A DNA stretch of 64,000 bases from Octopus bimaculoides. Lineage: Eukaryota. The first letter of the stretch is position 1. Every line of letters starts with the position of its first letter. Below the pieces are notes generated by a model. That model saw nothing but the letters and a program-made list of their open reading frames with translations. It did not search any database and had not been told where the DNA came from. The position numbers and the translations under genes were made by a program. The DNA is taken from contig NC_069001.1 in assembly GCF_001194135.2 (NCBI RefSeq), positions 313,179-377,178 of the forward strand, read 5' to 3'. Positions 1 to 14,680 of the stretch are shown here, in pieces.

Positions 1-1384
1 CCTGTAGTTTTTATCCCTTGGGATAATAATTATTGAGTGGCTGAGATGATGCAGAGACAAAAAAAAAACTACAAACAGTGATGATGGTCGAATCAATTCT
101 TATCCCTGTTAGGATTAAGTCATCATCTCCGAAATATAGAATTGTACTCACTCTCAACTGTCCATATAATGGTAAAAGAACTTCAGGTCACCTCTTTCAT
201 ATGATCCTGACCAACCAAACCCCTGTTTCTTCTTGGTAACAAAAAAAAAAAATATATACACATATAAACGTTTCTCCTATTTATTGATGGTTTTTATTCT
301 CCTTCCTCATCCTCCCTCCGCTCTTTCCTTGCTGCAACCATTTACAACCACCACAAACATTATCATTGCTTCACCTGCCAATACCACCACCACCACCACC
401 ATTGTCACCATTCTATCTATCACTAATATCAAAATGACTATAGACTGTGCTACTGTTACTACCAACACCGCCAACACCACCACCACCATTCTAACTATTA
501 TATTACCTTATCATAGATATAAGTTTGGAGTGTTTGCACACCAGGGGATAGTTGGTGTGTTTGGTGGTGGGGAGGAGGGTAACGGGGGGGATATTATTGT
601 ACATTTTTCTTTGTTTTATTTATTTACTTTTATTTATTTATTATTTGTATATTTATTATTATTATTTTTTTTTTCTTTATCATTTCATTTCAGCTCTTTG
701 CTTTGAAGTGTATATTTTTCAGGATTGTTGAAGGGGAACAAAAGAAAAATTTCAGTTCAAAGCCACTGTTTTCAGTGAAATGTTTTCATCCATCCTCGCT
801 GCCACCTTCACCCTCACCACCACTACCACTACAACAACAACAACCATCAACTTTGTGCCACCATCATCACCTACAACATCAACCTAACAAAATCTCTAAG
901 CTACACAACTTCACTCCTCCTCCTCCTCCCCTTCCTACCTTCTTTATACTAGAATAGCTCAGTGAAGAAGAAGCAGCAGCAGTAGCAGCAGCAGCAGTAA
1001 TGTCATACATAATAATAAGTAATACATTAAAGCTTCATTAGTTCTTTCTATCCAACCATGATGAAATACAAACTATCTCGAGGGGGGGTTGAAATTGCCG
1101 ACAGGAATTCCCAAAACACCCCTACTGCTTTCGCCAGCACTTGGCTTGAAAGCCAGCTTTTTATACGGATCTCTGAGAAGACTTGCCCAAGTGAGCCTTG
1201 TGAACTTTGCATTCATGCAGCTGGGTGGATATGCGTTCACGTGGACACTGCTGTGATGTTGGAGTAGGTTGCAATAATTGAGAATTTAGCAAGGCTTAGC
1301 TCATGGAGTGATTTAATTTCCGTTGTCTATCAGCAGCCTGGGCTATTCGCTCCGATGAAAGTACCTGCATCCCATTCTTTTGAG

Positions 1385-1390
1385 AGAAGA

Positions 1391-1479
<89 letters not shown>

Positions 1480-1518
1480 AGGGAGATGGAAAGATCAAGA
1501 TCTCTAAATTTGCCGTTT

Positions 1519-1565
<47 letters not shown>

Positions 1566-1638
1566 TGCATGTTCTGTTAAAGTCAGAAGAAGAAGAATGA
1601 ATGAGTGGAAGAAACACATACACACACACAGATAGACA

Positions 1639-1702
<64 letters not shown>
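1385..1702. repeat. Compound (GA)n-(GT)n-(GA)n microsatellite block
   Basis: Direct reading; source of the SLSL/THTH ORFs in the track. Confidence 0.95.
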
Positions 1703-1707
<5 letters not shown>

Positions 1708-1959
1708 CAATCTCTAAAGAATGGTGAAAAGAGCAGAGCAAAACCGAGCGAAGCAAAGTGGAGAGAAAATGAATGGAAGAAAGTGAAGAAGCAGGCAAAC
1801 TGAAATGTCTTTATAGTGTTGTTTAATTCCTCCTGGCTCTAAAAGTCACGGTATTTCTATAAGATTAGCTTTATGAAGATCAGGCGGTGGGGGGTGGGGG
1901 GTGGGAAGAAGGAGAGCAAGGGAGAGTGAGGAGTGCTGTGTGGGAGGTTTAGAAAAAGA

Positions 1960-1999
<40 letters not shown>

Positions 2000-2345
2000 A
2001 GAGATATAAAATGGTGAAAAGTGAACATTAAATGTATATCTGCATGTGCATGTGTGTGTGTGGAGGGGGATACAGGTGTAGTCATTGAGAGAGAGAGAGA
2101 GAGAGAGAGAGAAATAGCTAATGGAAATTTAAAGAAGAGATATATATCTGTGATGTGTATGAGCATCTACGGAATAACTAGAAAAGCGAGAAAGAAAGGA
2201 AATGTGTATATAAATAACAAACACATGAATTAAGTGGTATTCCTGTATACTTCAACATGTGGTTCAATTTCGAACAGTGGTCTTGTTTTAACCACATTTT
2301 AAGTACAAGTCTCTCCACTCTTACTACAGCATGTGATATTCCATC

Positions 2346-2378
<33 letters not shown>

Positions 2379-2761
2379 CATATACATTATATATAGTCCC
2401 AACCCATGCCAGCAAGGAGGGCAAATGTATATATATCTTGCAGATACAAATAGCAGAAAGACAAAAATGTAACAAAAACGTACGAGAGATGTTCACAGTT
2501 AATATTATTATTAAGTTGGAACTCAAAGAAAGAACAGAAAGAAAAGGGTAAAAGTTATAACGTTTTGGAAATTGTCCTTCTTCAGAAAGTCAAAGAAAGT
2601 CCGGGAAAAACAGAAGAAAGTTGGATAAAAATGAAGAAAGCCATGAAAAATGTGATTAGCATAATTCATGTGTCATAAATATGTATGTATTTGTGTTTGT
2701 CCCATCCATTTGACAACCAGTGTTAGTTTGTTTACATCCCCTATAACTTAAAAGTTCACTG

Positions 2762-2878
2762 AGAGAAGCTGCTAGAATAAATACCAGCTTTAAGAATAAG
2801 TGCTGTGGTTGATTTATTTGACTAAACCCTTCAAGGTAGTGCCCCAGCATGGCCACAGTCCAATGACTGAGACAAAAA
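2762..2878 (+). mobile_element. 3' tail of tRNA-derived SINE family B (OK/OR-like)
   Basis: ccccagcatggccacagtccaatgactgagac tail recurs at 41460, 45895(-), 57455 and 61050(-). Confidence 0.75.
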
Positions 2879-2919
2879 GTACACACACACACACATACAC
2901 ACAGTGAACTACTGCACAC

Positions 2920-3012
2920 AACCAAATTCCACAGACAAGGTATTGGTCAACCCAAAGCGATTGCAGAGTACACTTGCACTGAGCGTCGGACGATCAGATT
3001 AAACCGAGAACC
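2920..3012 (-). mobile_element. Degenerate SINE family B core fragment
   Basis: Similar to the better copy at 42690-42790 (accaaat..cacaagg..ttgg...gaagacacttg). Confidence 0.55.
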
Positions 3013-3107
3013 AAGAGGATTTCAGAGAAATGAAAATCTGATGCATTTTCAAAGAATGGATGTCTTTCTAACGAAACAGCCAAAAGAAAATGATGCAAAT
3101 ACTGAAA

Positions 3108-3215
3108 TCCCTGTTCTGAGTTCAAGTCTGGCTAAGATTAATGCTGTTTGCCATTTCTCTCAGGGGAGTCAATGAAATAAATACCAGTAATACACAAGGA
3201 TCAATTCAGTCAACG
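3108..3215 (+). mobile_element. SINE family A fragment (B-box plus Meta-like core)
   Basis: ttctgagttcaa B-box then ...tcaatgaaataaataccagt, shared with 16300, 34320 and 55085. Confidence 0.6.
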
Positions 3216-3399
3216 ATGCACCTTTTTCTTTCCACAAGAAATTAAAAAGCAAAAATAAATAAGAAATTCCGCTTTGTTGCCGGTGAAAAGAAAGCATTGT
3301 GAAATATAACCAAGGAATAGAATGGCATTAGTCTTATTAAACATCAGACTGTGATGTTCTGCAGATTTCTATGACAATATATTTAATTATCTCACAATG

Positions 3400-3822
3400 G
3401 GACATAATTGATGATGGAGATGATAATGGTGGTGACAGTGGTGATGATGGTGGGGAGAGGAAGAGTGGTGGTGGTGGTGGTGGGCATAACAATGGCAATG
3501 GTGGCGGCTATAGTTAAGGAGATGGTGGTGGTGGTGGTGGTGTGTATAATGATGGCAGTGGTGGCAAGCATAGCAATGGTGGTGGTGGCTGATACAGTTA
3601 ATATGGCAGTGGTGGTGGTGGTGGTAATGATGGTAGCGTTGTGATGGCAGTGGCGGTGGTGGTGGTGGTGATATGCAGAGAAACCATGACAGAGGTGGTG
3701 ATGGATATAGTAACAGTGTTGATGGCAGCTGTGGTATGGAACGTGGTTAATGGTGGTTCTGCTGGATAAGTGATAACGATGATGGTAATGGTGATGTTGA
3801 TGATGATGGTGATGATGATGAA
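3400..3822. repeat. Degenerate (GTG/ATG/GCA)n trinucleotide low-complexity tract
   Basis: Direct reading. Confidence 0.9.
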
Positions 3823-4904
3823 GATACGGTCTCATATATCATCATTACAATGTAACTCTGTATCAGGTTCGGTGGATTGCAGAATAGTTATTAATTACAA
3901 CTTTAAAAGACAAGACAAGAATTTAAAAGAAGACAAAAAAAAAAAGTGGAAAAAAAAACACACACAGAGACGTTCAGAAGACAAAAATCATCATTAGTAG
4001 CTGACCACATGAATAGCAGTAACAACAAAAAAAAGAGAAAAAGGTAGTAACTGTAACTTTATTGTCACCACCATGACCACCACCAACAACAACCTCTTCA
4101 ATGATGAAGACAACTATTTAATAAGAATCTGTTGTTAAGATTTAGCTTTCTTTGATTAATCACCATTTGTGTTGTTTTGTTTTTTTAACGTTTTCTTTTG
4201 TTTTTGTCATTGACACAAGCAGTAAAACGGGGGGGGGATATAGCAAGGGAAAGGAAGGAGAGAATTAGAACTGTCAACGAGATTAGATTGGGACATCGGG
4301 GTTTTTTTAATAGTTGGTTCGGGGGTTGGGTTAGGTGTGTTTAGCATAATTGTAATTAGGGTTAGGGCCAGGTCTGCTCTGATTTTGCATCCCTGTTTGA
4401 TTAAAATTGGTCTTGCCTTGACCATTTCCTCTTTTATTCTGCAGGCAGAGTCCCCAAACACCAACTTACTGCTTAGAAACTGAACCTGAGTCATTGGAAA
4501 CACCAAAACAGGATTTTGTCAAGGATTTATGACATCAGCAAGTGACTAACCATTTCGAATCCCTGGTAGACACTTGTTTTTACCAATAGCTGGGTTATCG
4601 GCATAAACACAACACACCCAGCAGATACTTAACTCATTAGAATCCCAATCGTTATGATGCAGTGGGACCTTTTTTTTCATCTTGTTTTTATTTTTCTGGT
4701 TATGTGTGTTTAACCATTTTACTTCCCAAACTGATTTTGTTTCAATTAATTTTGAAAATAACAAAAAATTCAGTAAAATATCTTTGTCATCATTAAGCTG
4801 TTGTTTAGGGTTTAAATGAACATGAAACTTTGATAGAAATTTTAATTTAGAACACTTTAAAAGAGGTCTCAAACAGGTTGGTATCGAAAGAATTAAAAGA
4901 TTAA

Positions 4905-4965
4905 AAGGTGTAATTGAGGGAGATTTAGCTGATATTTCTAGCATGCTAGGTAAGCACACAACCAT
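4905..4965 (+). mobile_element. Unclassified interspersed repeat family E core
   Basis: gtgtaattgaggggagatttagctgatatttctagca recurs (degenerate) at 20130, 24620(-), 35810 and 51460. Confidence 0.6.
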
Positions 4966-5074
4966 GCCCTTGTTATGCCAGAATAAACACCACAGCACTT
5001 ATGATTTCGAAAATGATTAACTTGCTAAATTAACAGAGTCAAATGCCCATTTTCTCTAAATTCAACTAAATTGA

Positions 5075-5210
5075 GTGAGGGAGCATCCAGCTGTAGAAAT
5101 CATGGCAAAGTAGAGAGTGGAGCTTGGCACAGTCGGCTGGTTTCCAGTTCCTTTGAAACCATCCGACCCATGCCAGCAGAGAAAACAGACAGTAAATGGT
5201 GATGACGATA
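5075..5210 (+). mobile_element. RTE-type 3' tail fragment
   Basis: gcatccagctgtagaaa...ccgacccatgccagca...gatgacgat matches the RTE 3' UTR at 51880-52015. Confidence 0.75.
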
Positions 5211-7039
5211 AAAATTAACATTGGAAGGATTAAAGGCAGGAGAGATTAGAAACTTTAGAATCCAGCTCACTACTTCTTTTTATGGGAACTTCATTAAACT
5301 TAATAAAACACATTTAGTGGTAAATGGTAAAAATCAGTGGCGCAGCAGTCAGAATCCCTTGTGACACTTAGTTACTGCCCTCCTCCCCCTTACCTCCTGA
5401 CTTTACTCCTACTCCTTCTGACATTGATAAAAATAGGACCAGTCAAAACACTTGGATTGATATAAATAAATATATTGTTTTGGAGACAATGCTCTGACAA
5501 TGCACGGCTGTCCAATGTCTGGAACCAGAAATAGAAAGAATGTCACTGCATCCTTGTAACACATCAAAGAAGAACAAGTTCAAGTTCAAGTCTGAACAGC
5601 TGAAATCTCACCTCTGTTCCACATGTCAGCTTTTGTAGGGAAATAAGTGCAGAAAGGTCAATAACTAAGTCACCAACCACTGAAGAAGAAGAAAACAGCA
5701 ACAAAAAGGGCCTAAGGTCTCTACCGTCAAGCAAACCACACATAAAAACCAAACTGTCCTTTAGGCCTACATCTTTTCACCCCCACAAGCCTTGGAAAAC
5801 CGAGTTGTGGACTTGCCATGCACACAGACAAATTAGAGAGAAAGAGAGAGAGAGAGAGAGGAAGAATTTTAACCCTTAAACCACATTATGGATTAATCGA
5901 ATCCTATTGGTCAATAATTGTTGTTGTTGCTGTTGTTGTTGTTTTCCTAAATTCATTCATATCTAACAAGGAAAGAAGGTTTCCAATTGGAATTCTACAG
6001 GTTCTGCTTTGCTCTCTGTGAATGGATCTTGATTAGGGCATCAAAGAGGGTATTTCCCCGGGGGCATATTGCTTGGATGTGTGCGTGTGTATGTGTGTGT
6101 GTGTATGAGTGTGTTTATGTGAAACATTTTGGGAAGAATTGCTTGTGGTATATATATATGTGTGTGTGTGTGTGTGTATGTGTTTATTTGATATTCTGGT
6201 TATAATATGTAAACATTTATGTATTCTAATGTGTGTATGTTTATGTGTATTTATTGTGCATGTGTGAGTGTGTGTGTGTGTGTGTGTGCAGTTTTGCATT
6301 TTGTATGTCTGTGTGTGCACTCACAGACAATTCCTTGCATAGAATAAGACTTACAAATACATGCACAAGAATATATTGTACGTGTGTGTGTGTTTGTGTG
6401 TATCCATATCCATACATAATAAAGGGTAATACATAATTCCTGCATTTCTATAGTGTGTGTGTGTGTGTCTGTGTGTGTGTGTGTGTCTGTGTGTGTGTGT
6501 GTGTCTGTGTGCATATGTCTGAGCAATAAGTTGTTTGTTTCTATAGCTCTGCCAAGCAGAAGAGTTTTTCTGCAGTTAACAATAAATGTAAATATATTGC
6601 TTTATTGTTGTTGAAAATGTTTAGCATAGTTCATCTTAATAATTGCCTCCTTGTTTGTAAAATGTGCTGTTGTACAGCTTCAACTGGCTAACCATATCTA
6701 TTTCTAAATCTATCTATATTAGTGTGTATGCATGATGTGTGTGTGTGAGAGAGAGTATGCATGTTTACATTTATGCACTTATACATGTGTGTATGTGTAT
6801 TAAATTGAAGTTGTTATTTTAAAAGCAAGTTTTAGAATAACAACAGAGCATTGAACATTTAGTGAATGGGGGACTCAACACAGAAAGTAGAGTCAAATTT
6901 ATTGTAAAACTCATGCTGAATAAGTTGTCAGGTAGCATGAATTTTACAGTGTGTATGTGTGTGTGTGTGTGTATGGGTGCGTGTGTGTGTGTGTGTGGGT
7001 GCGTGTGTGTGTGTATGAGTACATCTGTAAAGATATATA

Positions 7040-7400
7040 CAGTGGAACCTCTGTTTAGGAACACATCGTCATAAACAAATCGGTTTATGAACAATTTTTT
7101 GAACATAAAATGTCTTGAATGATGAACAGTGTCTCAAGTAATAACCACACAAGCCAGCAACAACATTAAAATAAATATAAATAAACTTAATTAAAATAAT
7201 TATATTCATATGGAGCTGCAGAGTGTTCCTCAAAATCGGTGAAACCCTTCTCCCAATTTTACCAGTTCCAAAACCATTCCCAAAGCCATCTTATAACTTA
7301 CCAGACAACCTGATTTTTCAATGGCTTATTTTGAAATTGTGACTGTAAAAGTTTTAAGAGACACCAGGCTGACCTTACCGTTCCAAACCAAACATAAAAG
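7040..7400 (+). mobile_element. pogo/Tigger-like DNA transposon end (right boundary uncertain)
   Basis: TA|CAGTGGAACCTC terminus followed by tttatgaac/cggtttatgaac subrepeats typical of Tigger-like TIR regions. Confidence 0.5.
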
Positions 7401-8559
7401 GACTCATAAGGAAATATGGAAAATTCTTAACAGAAAAAAGATGTCAATTTTGAACATGACTGAGTTTTTAATACAAACATGTTTGAAAGAAAAGGAACAG
7501 CTGAAGAGAATTTAACGTTTTATATCTCAGCGACCAGAAAAATGATAATTTCTTCTACCTTGTTGTGTATAGGAGAATAGAATCTTTACAAATAACACAT
7601 TCACACTGTTGAGAAAGATTTACTCTCATAGTTTTGTATAAAGATGTGTGTGGGTGTGTGTGTGTGTGTGTATGTGTGTGTGTGTGTGTGTATGTGTGTG
7701 TGTGTGTGTATGTGTGTGTGTGTGTGTAATACATGTTGTTGCACTCCATTACAGTGTTCAAGAACAGTTTAACAAAAGAGCTTAAAAATCACATGGTAAT
7801 TGTTTACACATTTTGTGCGTATGTATGTGCATGTGCGTGCATGTGTGTGTGTATGTCTATTTATATAAAGAACATGAGTCACAAATGGAATGCATACAAG
7901 CACTCACACACACACACACATAGATACAGGTATAAAACTAAAATAGTTTTGAATATAAAAATACAGACCCTTTTAATCCACTTTTCCTGGGGTATATAAA
8001 AATTTCTCTTTAGTGTTTTGTTTGTTTCCTGTTGTTACACAGCTGAGAGGTGTATATTATGTAGGGTAGTGAGTGTAGCCTGTTAAGTGCTAACTTATTT
8101 GTAATCTTCTCGAATCAGGTCTTTGCCCCATTTCTTTAGATGACGTTGCATTTGGGATTAAAAAGGAAAGTCTTCCAGGCTCAGTTTAAAGTTGCAGACG
8201 AGTCTCTCTAAATGTGTTAACATCATCCACATCACATGACTCACTCATTCTCAATGCTTTCTTTTAACTGCCAAAGAACTTCCAACACCATTGCTAAATA
8301 CTGGAGATGGTGGTGGTGGTGGTGGTTGTGACAGTGCATGCATATATGTGTGTGCGTGTGTATAAATATTTATATGCGTTTGTGCATGTATATGCATATG
8401 TATATATGTGTACATGTATGTGCATATAGACATATATATGTGTATACTGGCACACACACACAAGGTATGTATTCTGTGTATGTTCCATATTTCCAGATGT
8501 GTCTGTGTGTAAAATACATAACTCACAACAAATTAAGTCCACATAAATTCATAGAATCA

Positions 8560-8610
<51 letters not shown>

Positions 8611-9391
8611 TAGTAATACAATTTGCTAGTACCAATAAATATTGCATCACAGATCAAGATCATAATATATTTATCTAAGATGTGAAAAACAAACACAAAT
8701 TGATGTTACATAACTACTAAAGTACTATGTTAACCAGTCGTCTTGGTTATTTCACCTACTGTAACCTTCTACTCAAAGACAGTCTTGGAGATGTCACCTT
8801 TCTCTGATAAATGTTAGCACAAAGAATAAAAATACTTGACGCACAAAGACATCTGTTAACAAGGTAAGCAAGAGGAATAAAGTGATATAAGACACAATAT
8901 ATGAATCATGTATTTAAAATAAAGCTATGACGACCAAGTTGTTAATGTGTTACACTGACAGCTTCATGAATTTACCAAGTCAGAAGCAAAATTCTGGTTT
9001 TGTTCATTGAAAATAAAACAATTTGTGTTGAACGAAACTCTTTTCTTTCCCAAATAACTTTATTGCATCACAATGGAAAATAAATATCAATCTTACTCTA
9101 ATAGATTATATTTGTTTATATTTGTTTGCTTAATGTCTGGGTTTTCTTTTATGTTGATGGGGGTCAGCGGCAGATTTATTGGTGACAATATTTTTTGACC
9201 AGATGCTGTAAACTTCATAACAACAGCCCCCAGTAATATCTAGTCTTAGTTTCATAAAACCTTCAACAGAAAAAAAGGAAGCTGAAAATTTTGACCCAGT
9301 TGGGTAATTTATTCAGCTTTAATGCAAAATTATTTTAGAACAAGGATGAACATACGTTTCTTATCTGAATCAGAAATCACTATAGACAGAC

Positions 9392-9532
9392 ATGGCTGCA
9401 TGGTTAAGAAGGCCAGTTTGCAACCATTTGGTTTCAAGTTCAATCCCACTGTGCAACACTTTGAGCAAGTGTCCTATACTGTAGCCCTGGGGCAACTAAA
9501 GCCTTCTGGACTGAATTTGGTAGATAGAAGTT
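9392..9532 (+). mobile_element. SINE family B head and core
   Basis: tggctgcatggttaag A-box, agttcaatccc B-box, ctttgagcaagtgtcc core. Confidence 0.75.
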
Positions 9533-9807
9533 GTGTGGTTGGGAAGCAAACTTCCTGCCACATAACCATGCCTGTACCTATCTGAATGACTTGGTCATGG
9601 TTGGAATATAGTTTGATCCAGGACCTACCACCAACACAAATAGACTTGAAAGTATGTGTCATTTATGAATGACCTTACACACCTACAATGTTCAACATCT
9701 ACAAACGACTGCGTCAGGGCAAAACATGCATTCAACTACATTTGTTTAAAAATAGGCCTTTTTTTATTTTCATTATCTGTGTTTTGTGTTGCCATCATTC
9801 AAACTCA

Positions 9808-9871
<64 letters not shown>

Positions 9872-10341
9872 ATAGGTGTGAGTATATGCGTTCACATTAT
9901 TACCTTTATCTTTATGCATGTGTGTGTGTGTGTGCGTGTGTACACCCTAGGCAGCAGTGTGTTTGTATATAAAGTGTTTTAGTCGACTCTATATTGAGAA
10001 GGAAACATAAGACGCTTATTATTTTCCAATAATAATTATAGCAGAATCAAATAACCTTCAAAACGAAAATTGGCCACGCTTACCACAAGTCTGCAATTGA
10101 GTCTGAAGCCACCGAAATTAATTATAGTGTACTGTGTGTCCCTAAAATATGAACTCATTTCAAAATTAACAATGACATATGTATCTGGCTAACTTCCCTT
10201 TTCTCTCTTACTCTTTCTTTCTCTCTTCTCTGAGCCCCCCTCTCTCTCTCCCTCCTTCTCTCTCAAGACTCTGCTTCAGTATTTATACATGAGTGTATTT
10301 ATGGATGTATTAGTTTTCATAACAGCATGTGTATTCGTGTG

Positions 10342-10377
<36 letters not shown>

Positions 10378-10539
10378 GCAGAGAGAGGGAGTCAGTGTGT
10401 GTGTGTGTGTGTAAATGTACACATACATGTTAAGTCCACAATTTTACATCCACAAAATTACTGCCATTGAGTCATTTACGCACACACAAACAAACGTATT
10501 GTTAAATACAGACAGAATACACATAGACGCTTTAGCCTA

Positions 10540-10596
<57 letters not shown>

Positions 10597-10917
10597 NNNN
10601 NNNNNNNNNNNNNNNNNNNNNNNNNNNNNNNNNNNNNNNNNNNNNNNNNNNNNNNNNNNNNNNNNNNNNNNNNNNNNNNNNNNNNNNNNNNNNNNNNNNN
10701 NNNNNNNNNNNNNNNNNNNNNNNNNNNNNNNNNNNNNNNNNNNNNNNNNNNNNNNNNNNNNNNNNNNNNNNNNNNNNNNNNNNNNNNNNNNNNNNNNNNN
10801 NNNNNNNNNNNNNNNNNNNNNNNNNNNNNNNNNNNNNNNNNNNNNNNNNNNNNNNNNNNNNNNNNNNNNNNNNNNNNNNNNNNNNNNNNNNNNNNNNNNN
10901 NNNNNNNNNNNNNNNNN

Positions 10918-10963
<46 letters not shown>

Positions 10964-11370
10964 CTTTACTTGCAATTCCAACAATCAACTTTGTAACAGA
11001 TGTTTTTTAAAACTGATTCTACATTCAAAGTAACAACATCTATGGAATACTCAGCCATTCATATTCCAATTTGATGAGCCGATTTGTATTGTTGATTCAA
11101 CAGGAATGCTCGTTATTGAAATTAATGGAGGATCCATTTATGATATGAAGAGATGACTATTTGAATGCATATATGTAAATGTATATATGTGTGTGTATGT
11201 GCATGTGTGTGTGTGTGTATGTGTGTGCGTGTAGTTGAGTAAGTGTATGTGTGTGTGAGATTGTGAGATGTTTCCATTTATGATGCTGTCTGTTACTGTC
11301 AGTGAATACATGTTAGTTTTTTCATGTGCTTCATCATAATAGTTTTATGTATGTGTGTGCATACAAATAT

Positions 11371-11406
<36 letters not shown>

Positions 11407-11763
11407 CTATATGACTATAGTAGAGGTCACATATCTCTGTACACAATGGATAATGAAACGGTGGTGGTGGTGGTGGTGACACGGTACCAGGAGGGCTTAC
11501 GCTGCTGTTGCCCAGCACCACAGCAGTTCACTCGTCAATGGCTCTGAAGTTCCAGAGAGTCTGGATGGGTTTTGCTGTTGTTTGTTTGTTTGTTTGCTTG
11601 TTTTTAACCGTGGTGGTGGCAGTGGTGGTGGTGGTCAGCTGTTTATCAGATCAGTTGAGTGAATTATGATGAAATCTGAATCCAGCCATCATTGCTGATA
11701 AGGGAAGTAAAGGAGATGCTATGCACTGTACAGTGTGTTTGTATATACATGCATATAATATAT

Positions 11764-11804
<41 letters not shown>

Positions 11805-14630
11805 CATATGTACATACATGCATACATATATATCATATGGTGGACTGCTGGCATACATAAATCCCTGGATCCCCTTTCTTCTCTCTCTCCCTCCCACTCC
11901 CTCCCACTCTCTCAGAATAAACATAACTGCAAATAAGAGAAGACCCTCTCCTCCTCCTCCTCCTCCTGGTGCAGACAGACATATGCTGACAGTGTAGGTA
12001 AAGTGAGCTCTTTCCCCCTGCACAGCAAACGTGAATGGGGGGNNNNNNNNNNNNNNNNNNNNNNNNNNNNNNNNNNNNNNNNNNNNNNNNNNNNNNNNNN
12101 NNNNNNNNNNNNNNNNNNNNNNNNNNNNNNNNNNNNNNNNNNNNNNNNNNNNNNNNNNNNNNNNNNNNNNNNNNNNNNNNNNNNNNNNNNNNNNNNNNNN
12201 NNNNNNNNNNNNNNNNNNNNNNNNNNNNNNNNNNNNNNAAGCTCAGTTTTGCTGCTGCCCCTAGTAACCGTCCACCCTTTCCATTCCCCCTCCAAAGCCA
12301 ATGGACATAAGTCCTCATCAAAAACAATATCGTTAGAGGAAGAACAATAAAACATAAGATGCAGCAATGGCGGGGAAGTACTACTAAAAAACAAAACAAC
12401 CACCGACATCACCAACACCATTTTCAATAACGTCCCCCCCTCTCTGCTACCACCACCACCACCACCACCACCACTACTACTACAATGAGAAGTTGCAAGT
12501 AGAACATTAACAATAACAACAACAAAAAAGGAAACCATCAGTTAGTCTTGAATAGAACCATCACCAAAACTAAGCTGTATCCTCATCATTTTGCAAAAAA
12601 ATATGACCCTCCACTGAGAATGGATCAAGACATACAAATCATTTTTCTGTCGAGGTATTTCTCTTTGGAATATGCGTGTGTGTGTGTGCACAAGCATGCA
12701 TCTGTCAGTGTATGTGCATGTGTGTATGCATATGTTCTGTGTGTGTGTGTGTGTGTGTGTGTGTAGTTTGCTCTCTTCTGAATCCCATCCTCCTCAACCT
12801 TTATCACATGTCACATCCCATTATTTACCAAATGAACATCATGTTTGTCTTTTAATAAGGAGAGAGGTGACTTTCTCCAGAGACTCTACCATCACCTGCA
12901 CCACCACCACCACTCTCTAACTACAACTTTCCACCATGTTATCGCTGTCCCTTATTTCCCCCCTCCCCCCGTCTCCTTCCCACCCTTTTGTTATCTTCTG
13001 CAACTCCCCAACCACTCACCCATTGTCCTGAACCAACTTCAATTCGGGGCAGTTGTGTGGGGTGAAACAAATAAGTGAAGAGACAAAGAAATAGAGGAAG
13101 GCATAAATAGATAAATAAGAGCCAAGAAATGTTATATCTGCAGACTTGGATTTCAAAAAATGAATTATTTCTTTACAGCTAATGTCCATTCAACTGATGC
13201 AGAGGGAAATGGCCAAGTGGGTAAAGTATCAGACAACTATATTTAGAGGTTATAAGTTCATATTTCACAACTGTAGGCAGTTTTATGTGGACTCTAAGTC
13301 AACGAACGAAATATACATGGTTGATATTTTGTCCCAGGTCAGCCATGATCCAGTGAAACTGATCAAAATCGTTCTAGTTGCAGCTAATTGCATATTATTG
13401 CATATTTATATACAGCAATTTATGCATCATTAGCATGATCTGTTCAGGGTATATACATATGAGATTGTTGGACTAATAACAGAGGAAAATTCCTCTTCAA
13501 ACAATTTATACACCCTGAAGAGATCACACTAATGATGCATAAATCATTGCATATAGATATGCAAAACAATATGCAATTAGAATGATCGAAACAGATGTTG
13601 GACAATTATTACAAATAAGCTAACTGGAAATAGAAACATAAAGTTTGAATGTTCAAATGCTTCATTCTCCTTATTATCAACATTGCACTTTATACACTCG
13701 AAGTAGTCAAAGAATAAACTGTAACTTCGGATGGAAGTTAAAGGAAGTTTACCAGCCCTTGACATTTTACATAGAGAGGATCGGTGTCTGCCTGGATATC
13801 ATATCCCTCCTCTCTGTGTGTGTGTTTGTGTGTGTGCAAAGGTAGAGAAGTTTAATAAGAGTTTCCTTCAAGGAAGGAAATTTTATCAAAATGAAAAATA
13901 AAGAAAAAGATACAAAACAAAAGACAGCAATGAATCATCATAAGAGAAAAACAAACAAATAATTAATTCCATATATATTATATATACATATACATACATA
14001 TATACATTTATATATGTACACACATATATGTAACTCCATAATACATTATAAAGTAAATCCTTAATAATTATAAGTTTAATCTTAACAAGAAGCTATATGT
14101 TAATACAGTAGGAGAGCTTGGTGTATTATATATAGCTTTTATTTATTGTTTTTCAATTTATTTATAAGTATTTCTTAATTCTACATCAAACCTTCTCTGT
14201 TGGTACAATATCTAAAACCTCAAATGCTGACATATAAAGAAGCAAAAGCTCAGACATGAAGAAATAGATAACCAAAACCTCACAGCTTACATAAAAAAAA
14301 ATAGTGCTTTGAGGTTCTGCTCACATTTTACACAGCATACTTTCAATGCAATAGAATGCATGCAGAGCTGCACTCTGATGTACAGTGGAAACACTATAAA
14401 AATAAGACTATAGAAGTATTATTACTAATATTACAACTACAAGATAACAACAACAAGATAATAAGGAGACATTACCAGAACATAATAGGATGACACTTTG
14501 AACTTCGATCCATATAGACAAACATAAACGATCACACAGCAATAAATACCCCAAATGTATCTTCTCCCTCCCTCCCTCTCTCTCTCTCTCTCTTTCACTC
14601 TCTTTCTCTCTCTCTCTCCTTCACTGACAA

Positions 14631-14680
<50 letters not shown>

